Positions 51,773-61,894 of a stretch of DNA of 64,000 nucleotides are shown one piece after another (position 1 is the first letter of the stretch; each line of letters starts with the position of its first letter). The stretch spans positions 832,001 to 896,000 of the forward strand of contig CBDCYI010000004.1 in the NCBI GenBank assembly GCA_965224085.1, given 5' to 3'. Below the pieces are notes generated by a model. The model was not told where the DNA came from. It saw only the letters and a program-made list of their open reading frames with translations, and did no database searches. Position numbers and translations under genes: made by a program. The stretch is from Candidatus Marinacidobacterales bacterium (lineage in GTDB: Bacteria > Acidobacteriota > Vicinamibacteria > Marinacidobacterales > SMYC01).

Positions 51773-52039
51773 TTTCGCGGAACGTATGGCGGCAAGGAGC
51801 ACATGTGGACCGCATTGCGCTCGGCACGTACTACCCGCACCTTCTCGGTTCGGTCGAAGGCTCCGTCGAGACCATCGAGGCGATGCGCATCCCGAATATG
51901 TAAAAACAACGTATCTTCAGCGGCACCGCCATGCAAATACTGAACAACACCTGAAGGCCTGAAGGCCTGAAGGAATGTCCCGAGGCAATTGGGAGCGCTT
52001 CCCACCTCCTTCTATAATCCCGCCAAAGGAGAACACGAC

Positions 52040-52567
52040 GTGAGCGACGACCTGCGCTACCCCATTGGCAATTTCCAGTTTCCGAACAGCGTGAGCGACA
52101 GCGAGCGCGAGACGCTACTGCGCCAGATTGCTGACACGCCCGCGAAGCTTCGCGAAGCCGTACACGGGCTCGATGACGAGCAACTCGCCACACCTTATCG
52201 CCCCGACGGCTGGAGCGTTCGCCAAGTCGTGCACCACATACCCGACAGCCATCTGAACAGCTATGTTCGGTTCAAGCTCGCCGTGACGGAAGAATCTCCA
52301 ATGGTCAAAGGCTATGACGAAGCCACTTGGGCTCGGCTCGAAGACGCGCAAAACGCTTCTGTCGAGACATCGCTCACGCTCCTCGAGTCGCTACACGAGC
52401 GGTGGCTACAATTTCTGCGCTCTCTAGGCCCGGAGGAGCTCGCCCGCTCCTTCATCCACTCGGAGCTTGGCCCGGTAACGGTCGAACAAAACATCGCCCT
52501 CTACGCGTGGCACGGACGCCATCACGTGGCGCACATCACCTCGCTCCGTGAGTGTGAGGGTTGGTAG
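52040..52567 (+). CDS. YfiT/BstA-family (DinB fold) bacillithiol transferase
   Basis: DLRYPIG, TPYRPDGWSVRQVVHH.PDSH, YAWHGRHHVAHI. Confidence 0.88.
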   Translation: MSDDLRYPIGNFQFPNSVSDSERETLLRQIADTPAKLREAVHGLDDEQLATPYRPDGWSVRQVVHHIPDSHLNSYVRFKLAVTEESPMVKGYDEATWARLEDAQNASVETSLTLLESLHERWLQFLRSLGPEELARSFIHSELGPVTVEQNIALYAWHGRHHVAHITSLRECEGW

Positions 52568-52574
52568 CGCGAGA

Positions 52575-52952
52575 TCAGGTACCGCTGTTGAGCTCGACGA
52601 CGATCACCTCCATCGTTCCCGGTCCTTCGTTCAAATCTCCGTGGAGTATGCCCGGAGGGTCTTTGTCGAGCCAATAGGCTTTGCCCGCTTTCCACTCATA
52701 GGTGTCGACCTGCTCGTTCTCTTCGTTGATGACTTTGAGGCTGCCGTCGGTCAGCGCGATGAGCGCGCGGCCGTTCTCGTGCCGGTGCAGCCGGAGCGGC
52801 TGATTCGGAAGGATAATGCTCTTCCAGACTTTGACGTGCTCGTTCTCGAATTGCGGTTCGCGACGACTGCGCTGTTCTTGAATCGCGAGTGTCACGCCCG
52901 AGGAGACAATGGCCGTTGCCAGAACGACCATTGGAAGTTTCGTTTTCGACAT
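52575..52952 (-). CDS. Exported cupin-domain protein
   Basis: Signal peptide; LHRHENGR, LHGDLNEG. Confidence 0.75.
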   Translation of the reverse strand: MSKTKLPMVVLATAIVSSGVTLAIQEQRSRREPQFENEHVKVWKSIILPNQPLRLHRHENGRALIALTDGSLKVINEENEQVDTYEWKAGKAYWLDKDPPGILHGDLNEGPGTMEVIVVELNSGT

Positions 52953-52956
52953 AGTT

Positions 52957-54708
52957 TTACTCCGCTTCGTATAGAATCTTACCGCCGACGATGGTGGCGA
53001 CGACGTTACCGTCGAAGAGCTTTCCCGGCTCCATCGCGCCCACGACGAGCGGATCGATATCCATGATCGTAATGTCCGCCCATTTGCCTACCTCGAGCGT
53101 CCCGGTCTCTTTCTCGAGACCGCCTGCGTAGGCACCCCAGATCGTATAGCCACGCACCGCCTCCTCAGGTGTCATGCGCTCCTCTGGATACCAGCCTTCC
53201 GGGGATTTCTGGTCCCTGTCGCGCCGCGTGATCGCGGAATGAAGCCCGTAGAAGATGTCGTGGTCCGAGCCAATGAGGTCCGAGTTGAAAGCGAGCCGAA
53301 CGCCGGCTTGTCGCAACGTACGCCATGCGTAAGCACCCCGCACGCGGTGCGGCCCCAGCCGATCCTCAGCCCACGCTTGGTCTTCCGCACAGTGCGGCGG
53401 CTCCATCGACGCGATGATGCCGAGCTCCGAGAAGCGCGCGAAATCGTCCGGATGCACGACCTGGGCGTGCTCGATCCGGTGGCGGAGCGCTTTCGTCTCG
53501 GGGTCGGCTTCGACAACCGTTGCGAGAAAGTCCAGCGTCTCTCGATTTCCTGCGTCGCCGATCGCATGGATGCCGACTTGAAAGCCCGAGCGCATCATCT
53601 CCGCGACGAGCTCCGTGTCGAACCCGTACTCGTCGCCGGCGATACCTTGATGACCGGGACGGTCCGAGTAATCCTCGAGCAAACGCGCTCCGCGTGAGCC
53701 TAGAGCACCGTCGTAATAGGCCTTGACCGAACGCGTGATAAGCATGCGATCGTTGTCCTGAACGGGACCTTTTTCAAGCCATTTGCGGCAGAGCTCGTCA
53801 TCACGGGCAGATAACATGGCGTAAACACGGATCGGAAGACTACCGCTACTCTCGAGCGACTCGAGCGCATCCATGAAACGGCTTTCGACGCCAGCCTCGT
53901 GGACCTGAACGTAGCCGTCCCGCGCCATGCGCTCGAGGCCCGCGCTGAGATAACCCTCGAACTGCTCGTCCGTGGGCTCGGGTATCGCGGCGTCGATGAG
54001 CAAACTGGCACGATTGAGCACGATGCCGGTCGGGTTGCCGCTCGCATCCCTCAAAATCTCTCCCCCGCTCGGATCGGCCGTGTCCCGAGTGATGCCGGCC
54101 GCCTCGAACGCTTTCTCGTTCGCCCAGACAGCAAACCCGTGCAGGCTGTCCATCACGACGGGGTTGTTCGGAAACGTCTCGCTGAGCAAATCCCACGTCG
54201 GGTACCGCGACGCCCAGGCGCCTTCGTCCCAACCGCGCGCGAGTATCCACTCCCCTTCCGCGACGTCACCCGAAGCGTCTACGACCCGCTGGACGGCCTC
54301 TTCCTCCGTTCCGACACCGATAAGATTGACCTGCACTTCGAGCTGGCCTAGGCCCACGACATGCGTATGCGAGTCGATCAGCCCCGGCAAGACCGTCGCC
54401 CCAGCCACGTCCATGACATGCGTAGCGCTACCTTTGTAGCGCTCGACCTCAGCATTCGAGCCGACGAAAAGGATTGCGCCATCCTTAACGGCGACCGCCT
54501 CCGCATCCGGACTCCATCCCGAATCCGAGTAGGGCGCGCCAGAAGCCGGAGCGCCGTCGGGGGCGGGCTCGGCCCAACCGAAACTGTAGATCCGACCACT
54601 TTGAACAATGAGGTCGGCGGGGTCCTCGGGCTCCGGCGTGGCGCATGCGAGAGCAAGCATAAGCATACAGAATGAGAGCCAAAACTTGCGATCCATCCAT
54701 GCCTCCAA
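52957..54708 (-). CDS. Amidohydrolase 3 (YtcJ-like) lipoprotein
   Basis: LAC lipobox; PGLIDSHTH, DGALGSRGA, HAIGD, RIEHAQ. Confidence 0.92.
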   Translation of the reverse strand: MEAWMDRKFWLSFCMLMLALACATPEPEDPADLIVQSGRIYSFGWAEPAPDGAPASGAPYSDSGWSPDAEAVAVKDGAILFVGSNAEVERYKGSATHVMDVAGATVLPGLIDSHTHVVGLGQLEVQVNLIGVGTEEEAVQRVVDASGDVAEGEWILARGWDEGAWASRYPTWDLLSETFPNNPVVMDSLHGFAVWANEKAFEAAGITRDTADPSGGEILRDASGNPTGIVLNRASLLIDAAIPEPTDEQFEGYLSAGLERMARDGYVQVHEAGVESRFMDALESLESSGSLPIRVYAMLSARDDELCRKWLEKGPVQDNDRMLITRSVKAYYDGALGSRGARLLEDYSDRPGHQGIAGDEYGFDTELVAEMMRSGFQVGIHAIGDAGNRETLDFLATVVEADPETKALRHRIEHAQVVHPDDFARFSELGIIASMEPPHCAEDQAWAEDRLGPHRVRGAYAWRTLRQAGVRLAFNSDLIGSDHDIFYGLHSAITRRDRDQKSPEGWYPEERMTPEEAVRGYTIWGAYAGGLEKETGTLEVGKWADITIMDIDPLVVGAMEPGKLFDGNVVATIVGGKILYEAE

Positions 54709-54787
54709 TTCGCGCGGGATTATAAGCCTCTCGGGGCCAGAGCGCTATTCTGTCACTGATCGTTGGTACGGCTAAGGCGCCGGAAGG

Positions 54788-56089
54788 CTAAGAGCGACGA
54801 GCGAGATAGTCGGCCGTGTAAATCACCAAACCGAGCATCAGCGTCGCTAGGCCCGCGAGCGATTCGGCCGGTTGGGTAAAGAGCATAAAGCTCAAGCTCC
54901 ACGCACTGAGCACGAGGAAGATGATCGGCGGCCACGGATAACCCCAAGTACGATAAGGCCGTTCGAGCTCGGGCTCGCGGTGCCTCAAGACGAAGATACC
55001 CGCAACGGTCAGCGCCGTGATCAAGTTGAGAGTGAAACCCGTGTAGAGAAGCACCTGCTGGAACGTCGCCGTGTAAATGAAGCCGAGCGTGAGTGCGGAC
55101 TGCACCACCACCGCGTAGGTCGGAATGCCGCCCGCGCTCTTGTACGCAAGCGAGCGCAAAAGCGGTACGTCCTCCCCCATTACCTGCACGATCCGCGGCC
55201 CGACATAGATCATCACGCTGACGGTCGACGTAAGAATGAGCGCAATCGTCACTGCCATGAGATTCGCGCCCACGTCGCCGAAGATCTTCGACGCTGAGAG
55301 ATAGCCGACCTCGATCTGGCCGGCGAGCTCCGGAAACGGCACCGTGTACATGAACGCGTAGTTCACAAAGGTGTACAAAACGAACACGATAGCCGTGCCC
55401 AGAACAAGAGCCCAAGTCAGGTCCCGCGGCGGCGACTCCATCTCACCGACGATGTAGATAGCCGCGTTCCACCCCGTGTAAGCGAAGGCGACGTAGACGA
55501 GCGAGACCGCGAAGGCCGGTGTCACGATGAGATCCCAATCGCCGTCGGTCGGAAACGGGGTCACGTCTTGAGGGACGCGCACGTGATAAGCGGAACCGAT
55601 CAAGACGAGGAGGAGCAGCACCTTGAGGATCGTCAAAACATTCGTGAAACGCGTTCCCCACCACACGCTGCTGCAATGCAGAACTGTGAAGAACAGGACG
55701 AGAGCTGCCGCCGTGTGTACGACGGGAACCGCGGGAAACGCGGTCGCGAGATAAGTGGAGAACGCGATGGCCGCGAGCGCGGTAGGTGCGGCAAATCCCA
55801 CGGTAGCGGAGACCCAGCCCGAGAGAAAGCCGAGCACGGGGTGCATGATCCGTGACAGCAAATGATACTCGCCGCCCGAACGCGGAAGTGCGGTGCCGAG
55901 CTCTCCATAAGTAAGCGCTCCGCATAGAGCCGCGACGCCGCCGAGCACCCACAGCATCAGAATCGGAAAACCCGAAGGGATATCGGCGACCTGAAACCCG
56001 AGACTCGTAAAGATTCCGGTTCCAATCATGTTGGCAATGACCATGAATGTCGCCGTCCAGAAACCGATCTTGACCGACTCGCTCTTCAT
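54788..56089 (-). CDS. APC-family amino acid permease
   Basis: NMIGTGIF, SGGEY, AYTGWN, RPYRTWGYP. Confidence 0.92.
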   Translation of the reverse strand: MKSESVKIGFWTATFMVIANMIGTGIFTSLGFQVADIPSGFPILMLWVLGGVAALCGALTYGELGTALPRSGGEYHLLSRIMHPVLGFLSGWVSATVGFAAPTALAAIAFSTYLATAFPAVPVVHTAAALVLFFTVLHCSSVWWGTRFTNVLTILKVLLLLVLIGSAYHVRVPQDVTPFPTDGDWDLIVTPAFAVSLVYVAFAYTGWNAAIYIVGEMESPPRDLTWALVLGTAIVFVLYTFVNYAFMYTVPFPELAGQIEVGYLSASKIFGDVGANLMAVTIALILTSTVSVMIYVGPRIVQVMGEDVPLLRSLAYKSAGGIPTYAVVVQSALTLGFIYTATFQQVLLYTGFTLNLITALTVAGIFVLRHREPELERPYRTWGYPWPPIIFLVLSAWSLSFMLFTQPAESLAGLATLMLGLVIYTADYLARRS

Positions 56090-56200
56090 AGGTAGCGTTC
56101 GCGCCGAATCCTCGTGTGATGGCTCTCGTACCCGCACATGACGAAGGCGAGCGCCCGGACGCTGAACTTGCAGCTGCTCGTGCGTCCACGTGCCAGCAAC
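56086..56200 (-). pseudogene. C-terminal remnant of a DinB-family gene
   Basis: FSVRALAFVMCGYESHHTRIRRERYL*. Confidence 0.6.
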
Positions 56201-56206
56201 ACCGCG

Positions 56207-56860
56207 TTAGCTTTTCGAAACCACCACCGGAAACAGCTCGTGCTCCATCGGATCGCCGGGCTCGAGCTCGAGCCCCGGAAAAGGCGGCGACGTCGCGAAG
56301 GGCCGCTCCGCGAAAACAGTGTCATCTCCTAGCCAGCGGGTCGCGATGGCCCGGCGTCTCGTCGCGAGCGTCGCTGTTGATGGCGCGCCATGCACCGTCT
56401 TCATGTGGAAGGCAATCGCGTCACCGGGCTCGAGCGCCCAGGACAGGATCTCGTAGTCCCGTCTCGTGGCCTCGATATCCGGAACGTCTTCGAATCGCTC
56501 GAACGCGCCGTCATACGGACGGTGGTCGACGAACTTCAGCGGTGTGAACATCCGGTTCCGATGGGAGACGGCGACGAACTCGGGACACACCGTTTGGGGC
56601 ACGGGGTCGAGAGGAAGCCAAATGCTGCAAACTTGCTCCCCGTCCACACAGTAGTAGGGCTGGTCCTGGTGCCAGGGACTGATCTCCCGCGTACCCGGCT
56701 CTTTGACGAGCACGTGCTCGTGAAAAAAGCGCACCGCTCTCGACCCTAGGAGCTCGGCTACCGCATCCCCAATCCTCGAATCGAAGACGAAGCTCCGATA
56801 TTCCGAGAAGCGCTGCCAGTTGCAATAGTCGTCGACGAAATTGCCCGGTGCTTGCGTCAT
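56207..56860 (-). pseudogene. Phytanoyl-CoA dioxygenase (PhyH)-family gene, 5' end lost at the IS1 boundary
   Basis: PWHQDQPYY, WLPLD, HGA, RWLGDD. Confidence 0.8.
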
Positions 56861-56862
56861 TA

Positions 56863-58113
56863 GCTGTTGATTAGGCGGCGACTCGACAGGTCGGCCAGCA
56901 GACCCTCGGCAGCTCGACCTTGTCAGATCTTGTGACGTAGTCGGTAAGGGAGGCGCACACGACCGCGACAAAAACATGTTGAGAGAAGCCTCGTGCGGTG
57001 AAGATGTCGCTAAAGGACAACCGCTTCGTCACCAAGCCGGCCTGCATCGCCGGCGTCCTGGTCTCTCGCCCGAACTTCAAAGCTCTGTGCGGCCGGACGA
57101 AGTTGTAATGACAACGCAGGAGCTCAACGTGCCCGCGGAGCTGGTCTTCGCATCGGGCGTGGCACGGCGACCGCCGGCGCAAGTACGCCGACCCTTGCCG
57201 GATAGTAAGGTTTAGACGTTCGACGAACGACGTGTTCAGCGTCTCGGAATCCTCTGACTCCAATAGCGCGTCCTTCAAGCGTCTCGCAGTGCCAATCTTC
57301 GGGAGCCTTTCGACTCGGACGACACGATTGTTCCGCCGAGTCTTGATCACTTGGCCGTAAACGCAAGCTGGACCCATGAGGCGACCGATCACCGTGAAAT
57401 AAAACTCGAAGCCATCCGTCGCGATCAGTGGGATTCCAACGAGGCGCCCCCGCAGGATGACGTCGTTGAGTACGGCCTTGGTGTTCCGATAGGAGCGGTG
57501 GCCGACGAGGCTACTCGCCCACAAGCGTGAACACACCTCGATGGTCGCAAAGAGCCACATCGGCCTGCTCTTGCTGCCGATGATCGTGTAGAGTTCATCG
57601 GCCTGAAGCTCAACGATCTCGAAGTCCCGTAGCATTTGCCGGTTGAAGCGCTCAGCCGCTCTCGAGGCCCGCTCGAGCCAGCGTGCGACGGTGTTGCGGG
57701 AACGACCCGTGAGACGGGCCGTCGCAGAAATGCTCACGCCGTCGACTCGCAGGCCCGTGGTGGTAAACCAGCCGTGGCCACCGATGTTGATGCCCAAGTT
57801 TCCAAAGTTCTCGCATTCTGGCTTGGAGCACGCCTTGTCCTTGGTCGAACTCCTTCCGAGTGCAGCGAAGACCGCTGTACGCCGAGCCCGTATTCGTGCT
57901 GACGGTTCCCCCACATATCTTGCAACGGTAACGCCGTCGGCGACCCGACTTTGGATGGACCTCATGACTCAAGTGTACCGGGTTGAAATCCGCTCTATCT
58001 CTCATGATCTTCGGTAGGTAGAATGATCTTTACTGTCGTACCCGCTCCCTCCACGCTTTCGAGCTGAATCTCGCCTCCCAGACTGTGGATGATGCTCCTG
58101 CAGTTGAACAGCC
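56863..58113 (-). mobile_element. IS1-family element whose transposase has swapped N-terminal blocks
   Basis: QADELYT, ATDG, NTSFVERLNLTIR, YNFVRPH, TPAM; short GCTGTT(G/C)A end repeats. Confidence 0.8.
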
Positions 58114-58299
58114 CCCAGTTGCCTGTAGACACCCTTGTCCATCATCAAAACTCGCCCGCGTTTGAAATCAGAGAGTTACGAGTCCTGCTCGTGCCGGCCG
58201 GAGAGCGGATTTTGCACTTGAGATCACGACGTGAGAGAGGGCAAACTCTGCCGCGCCATGTTCCGTGTTCTCATAGTCCTTGTGTCTCTCAGCCCCCCT

Positions 58300-58472
58300 G
58301 CCTGTCGGACAAAACGGCGCTTACGGTCGGGGTCGGAGACGAGCTCGGGAGGAAGGACTTTCAGGGCGACTTCGCGGTTGAGTTTCAGGTCAAGGGCTTT
58401 GTAGACGATGCCGATCCCGCCTCGGCTGATCTCTTCCAGCACTTTGTAGTGGGATAGGGTGCGGCCGATCAC
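58300..58472 (-). pseudogene. N-terminal fragment of a Ser/Thr kinase
   Basis: MIGRTLSHYKVLEEISRGGIGIVYKA...VALKVL, then similarity stops. Confidence 0.85.
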
Positions 58473-58900
58473 TCGCTTTCGTCCGTCACGACGTCCATGA
58501 CCCAGATGTCGCCGAGATCTTCTTCCCAGGTGAAGTAGAGGTATTCTCCGTCCGTGGCGAGGGTTTGCCGGTAGACGCTCCCGTGCCGTCCCGAGAAATC
58601 GGTGACCGGGTACTCGCGCCCATCCTCTAACGACACCGCCCAGATGTTGACGTTGATATCGGTCGGTCGCACGAAGTAGATCTCCTTCCCGTCGGGCGAC
58701 CAGCGAGGTCTGTATGACCTACCCTCAGTGACAGGCTCGGCCTCTCCTCCGGCGGCGGGAATGCGCCAGAGACCGGCTCCGCGCCCGATGGACTGAAACA
58801 CAAACCACTTACCGTCAGGCGACCACTCGGGGTGTTGCTCGTCTCCGGGACCATCCGTCACCTGGCGCGGCTCACCCCCATCCTCGAGACCGCCCAAATG
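58469..58900 (-). pseudogene. C-terminal PD40/TolB-like beta-propeller fragment
   Basis: PEWSPDGKW, PRWSPDGKE, GDIWVMD. Confidence 0.8.
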
Positions 58901-59465
58901 GCCCAGTTGCTGCTGCCCCCCACCTGAAAGGCGATCTCCGTTCCGTCTGGAGACCACCTTGCCAGGGCACCCCTTGAAGTCGAATGCCGGGCGGCCCCCC
59001 CTCCGCGGGCATCACCCAAAGACCCCCCGCTCACTAACTGTTGCGAGGCGAAATTTCGTTTTCTTTTTCAGTGCCTCCAAGAGGGCGCTTTCCGCCATCC
59101 GACTTAGGAATGTACACGCGCCGCACCGGTAGTGGTCGGTAGCGACCGGCGTGTACCCGCGAGCAAAGATCCTTGATGTTGCTCACGAAGTTCTTCTCGT
59201 AATCGGCGACAGTCTCTCCGTCGACACCAGCGCTTGCGCTGCGCTTCAACCGACGAAACGCTCGATAGAGCGCTTCGTGATCCACGTGATGCAGCAACGC
59301 AGTGAACCGAGCCTTTCTATCTCGCTTCGCTGCTTCGTTCACCCGCGTGAGATTTGGCGGTAAGGCGACCCGGCGCTGTGTCCGGACCTTAGCCCTCTCC
59401 CGTGGGTTCCCTCCAGGCCGATCCCTTCCCTCCACCATCTCGTTGCCTTCGATAGCTTCCTCAGT

Positions 59466-61498
59466 GTCGGGTCGGAGGGGGCGCACCGCAGCGCTGACCC
59501 CCGTCCGCCGCTCAAACCGGACATACAGTTTTCCCGTATCCGGCTTTCACAAAGGTTGGATTATTCATCGCGGCTTGATGGAAGGAATCAGGAAGACAAA
59601 GCGTACGAGGCCCATCTCATCGTAGAGCTGACGCTCCGGGAGCTGCTTCCACCCCCGACAGCGCCAGCGTTTGAACCGATGCGACCAGATACGTCGCAGG
59701 ATCCAACGATCGAGACGCGCGAAGAGCTTGCGGACGTGAGCTTTATGATAGTAAAGACCCCAACCGCGAATAACCGGGTTGATCTCGTCGATTAGCTGCT
59801 GCGTACTCACAGGAGCTTTGCGACAGGTCCGTCGCCGAATCTGATCCTTGAAGTGCTGGAGCGACTTCTGTCGAGGGTACGCGTACAGGTCACCCTTGCG
59901 GACACCCGTACGGATCTTGTGTGAGGGTAGGGCCAAAGGGCGACTACCCCGCTTGATCTTGTATCCCAAGAACTCGAAGCCGTGTGCAACGTGAACGATA
60001 CGAGTCTTCTCCACGTTCAAGGTTACACCCAACGTCGTAAGGATCATCCGGGCTTCGGCCAGCACCTTCTGGGCCTCTGCCTTGGTGCAGCATGTCACGA
60101 CCCAGTCGTCGGCATACCGCGTCAGGCGATAGCCACGATGGCGCATCTCCCGATCAAACGGAGTCAAAAGGACGTTACTTAAGATCGGTGAGACCACACC
60201 GCCTTGCGGTGCACCTTGCTCGGTCGGGAGCCGTCTCCCCTCCGCCATGCAGCCTGCTTTGAGCATGCTGCGAATAAGACGAAGGACGCGACCATCCGAC
60301 ACTCGCTTGGCAACAAGAGCGAGGAGCTTCTCATGGTCCACAGTCCCAAAGAAATTGGAAAGATCCGCATCCACGATCCACTCGTAACCCTCTTCGATCT
60401 CTTGCCAGATCTTGCGTAAAGCATCCTTTGTCGATCTTCCTCGTCGATATCCGAAGCTGGCGGCATCGAACACCTGCTCGAAGATCGGTTCCAACCGGTT
60501 CTGCAGTGCCTGCTGACACACGCGGTCATAAACGGCCGGAATGCCGAGCGGGCGGAACTTTCCCGGTTGTCCAGCCTTGGGAATGAGTTTCTGCCGAACA
60601 GGTAGTGGACGATAGGCATCGGTCTTGAGCTCCTCATGGAGTCGGTTGAGGTGCGCATCAAGCTGCTCCTCAAACTCGTCCAGAGTTTGTCCATCGATGC
60701 CACCGGCACCCTTGTTCCGCTTCACTCGGTTCCAGGCCAGCTCCAAGTTCTTCCGCTTGTATATCTTGTCCACCAGAGAGTGGACCTTCCTCTCACCCGT
60801 TGGGTTCAACCAGGCCGACAGTTTCCTCGGACGATCACTTCTGGGTCTTTCACTAAAGGAACTTATCCGCGTCATCGCCCTTACTCGTCTGTCATCCTTG
60901 TTGTCACCAACCACCTTTGCCAGCCCCCTTCCCCAGCCCACTCGGCTGCCGATCTCTCGATCACACGACTTTCACCGCGCTTCAGGTACTATTGGGCTGT
61001 CCGACGACTCACCCGGCTTCACTTCCCATTTCGCTCTCGCTTATAGGGTCGCTTATCCCGACGCCACTCGGGAACCCAATGAGCCCTCCTGGGGTCACGT
61101 CCAGATCTTCCGTACCGTGCCGTCCGCAAACACCTTGATTCGGTGGGTGAATGAGAACGCCTTCGCCTCCATAGTGCAGGCTCGACCTTGCCCCACCTTT
61201 GGCCGACCGGTTCATCAACGGGGTCGCCCCCTCGATTACGGCCCGGTACTGCTCCGCATACCCTTCAGATTCCACCTCGCGGTGGACACCCTGTCCTCCA
61301 GTTGTCCAGTGGACAGAACCCGAACTTAGGTACATCCCCTTGGCAGTAGCCATCGTTTCCAACTTCGTGCCCGTTTAGGGTTCTCCTTATCCGCGTTCCC
61401 CGGCCAGCGAGGCGTTACCCCCGCTTTTGGATATGGCGCTCCTCATCCGAGCACCAGAGGGACTTCAACCTTCCTGATCTGGACGCTGCCCAGCACAC
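59466..61498 (-). mobile_element. Complete group II intron nested in the outer intron
   Basis: GTGTG 5' end, domain V AGCCGGATACGGGAAAACTGTATGTCCGGTT, domain VI ending CCGAC. Confidence 0.85.
59565..60875 (-). CDS. ltrA: Group II intron reverse transcriptase/maturase, no endonuclease domain
   Basis: RPLGIP, SFGYR, PQGGVVSP, RYADD, FLGY, NPVIRGW. Confidence 0.95.
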   Translation of the reverse strand: MTRISSFSERPRSDRPRKLSAWLNPTGERKVHSLVDKIYKRKNLELAWNRVKRNKGAGGIDGQTLDEFEEQLDAHLNRLHEELKTDAYRPLPVRQKLIPKAGQPGKFRPLGIPAVYDRVCQQALQNRLEPIFEQVFDAASFGYRRGRSTKDALRKIWQEIEEGYEWIVDADLSNFFGTVDHEKLLALVAKRVSDGRVLRLIRSMLKAGCMAEGRRLPTEQGAPQGGVVSPILSNVLLTPFDREMRHRGYRLTRYADDWVVTCCTKAEAQKVLAEARMILTTLGVTLNVEKTRIVHVAHGFEFLGYKIKRGSRPLALPSHKIRTGVRKGDLYAYPRQKSLQHFKDQIRRRTCRKAPVSTQQLIDEINPVIRGWGLYYHKAHVRKLFARLDRWILRRIWSHRFKRWRCRGWKQLPERQLYDEMGLVRFVFLIPSIKPR

Positions 61499-61894
61499 AC
61501 TATGAATCGGTCCGACTTCCGGCCTCAGCTCAGCACCGCGCTTCGGTTTTCCCTTGCGCGACGCCCCCATCGGTGACCATTCCGATGGACCCGGCCGGAC
61601 CTCCTGGGTCCCGAAAGGAACTCTTCGTACGTGATGTGGTCCACGACCCCGGCGGAGCGTAACCATCTCGCGATAGCGATGGCCCACATGCTGCCTTCAT
61701 TGACGGGAATCAACTCGGCCTTCCGCGATATTCAGCATTTCGAGGCTACATTCACACACCCTGCACGACCCCTGTCTACGCTTCGGACCCCGCGTTGCCA
61801 CGACGCCCGCAAGACTCGGTCCCGACCTGTCCGCTACGACTTTTGGTCGGATTGGACTTCCACCCATAGGCTCCTTTCAGTTAGCCCAGCGCAC

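Larger units (their letters stand above)
59076..61894 (-). mobile_element. Outer group II intron, 3'-truncated, with RT fragment ~59076-59370
   Basis: GTGCG 5' end at 61894. RFTALLHHV, SAGVDG and RRVYIPKSDGGKRPLG are present, then the ORF breaks. Confidence 0.8.

Noticed and set aside
59565-60875. RT as a retron, DGR or defence RT
   Set aside because: It has a maturase domain and lies within group II intron boundaries with domains V and VI.
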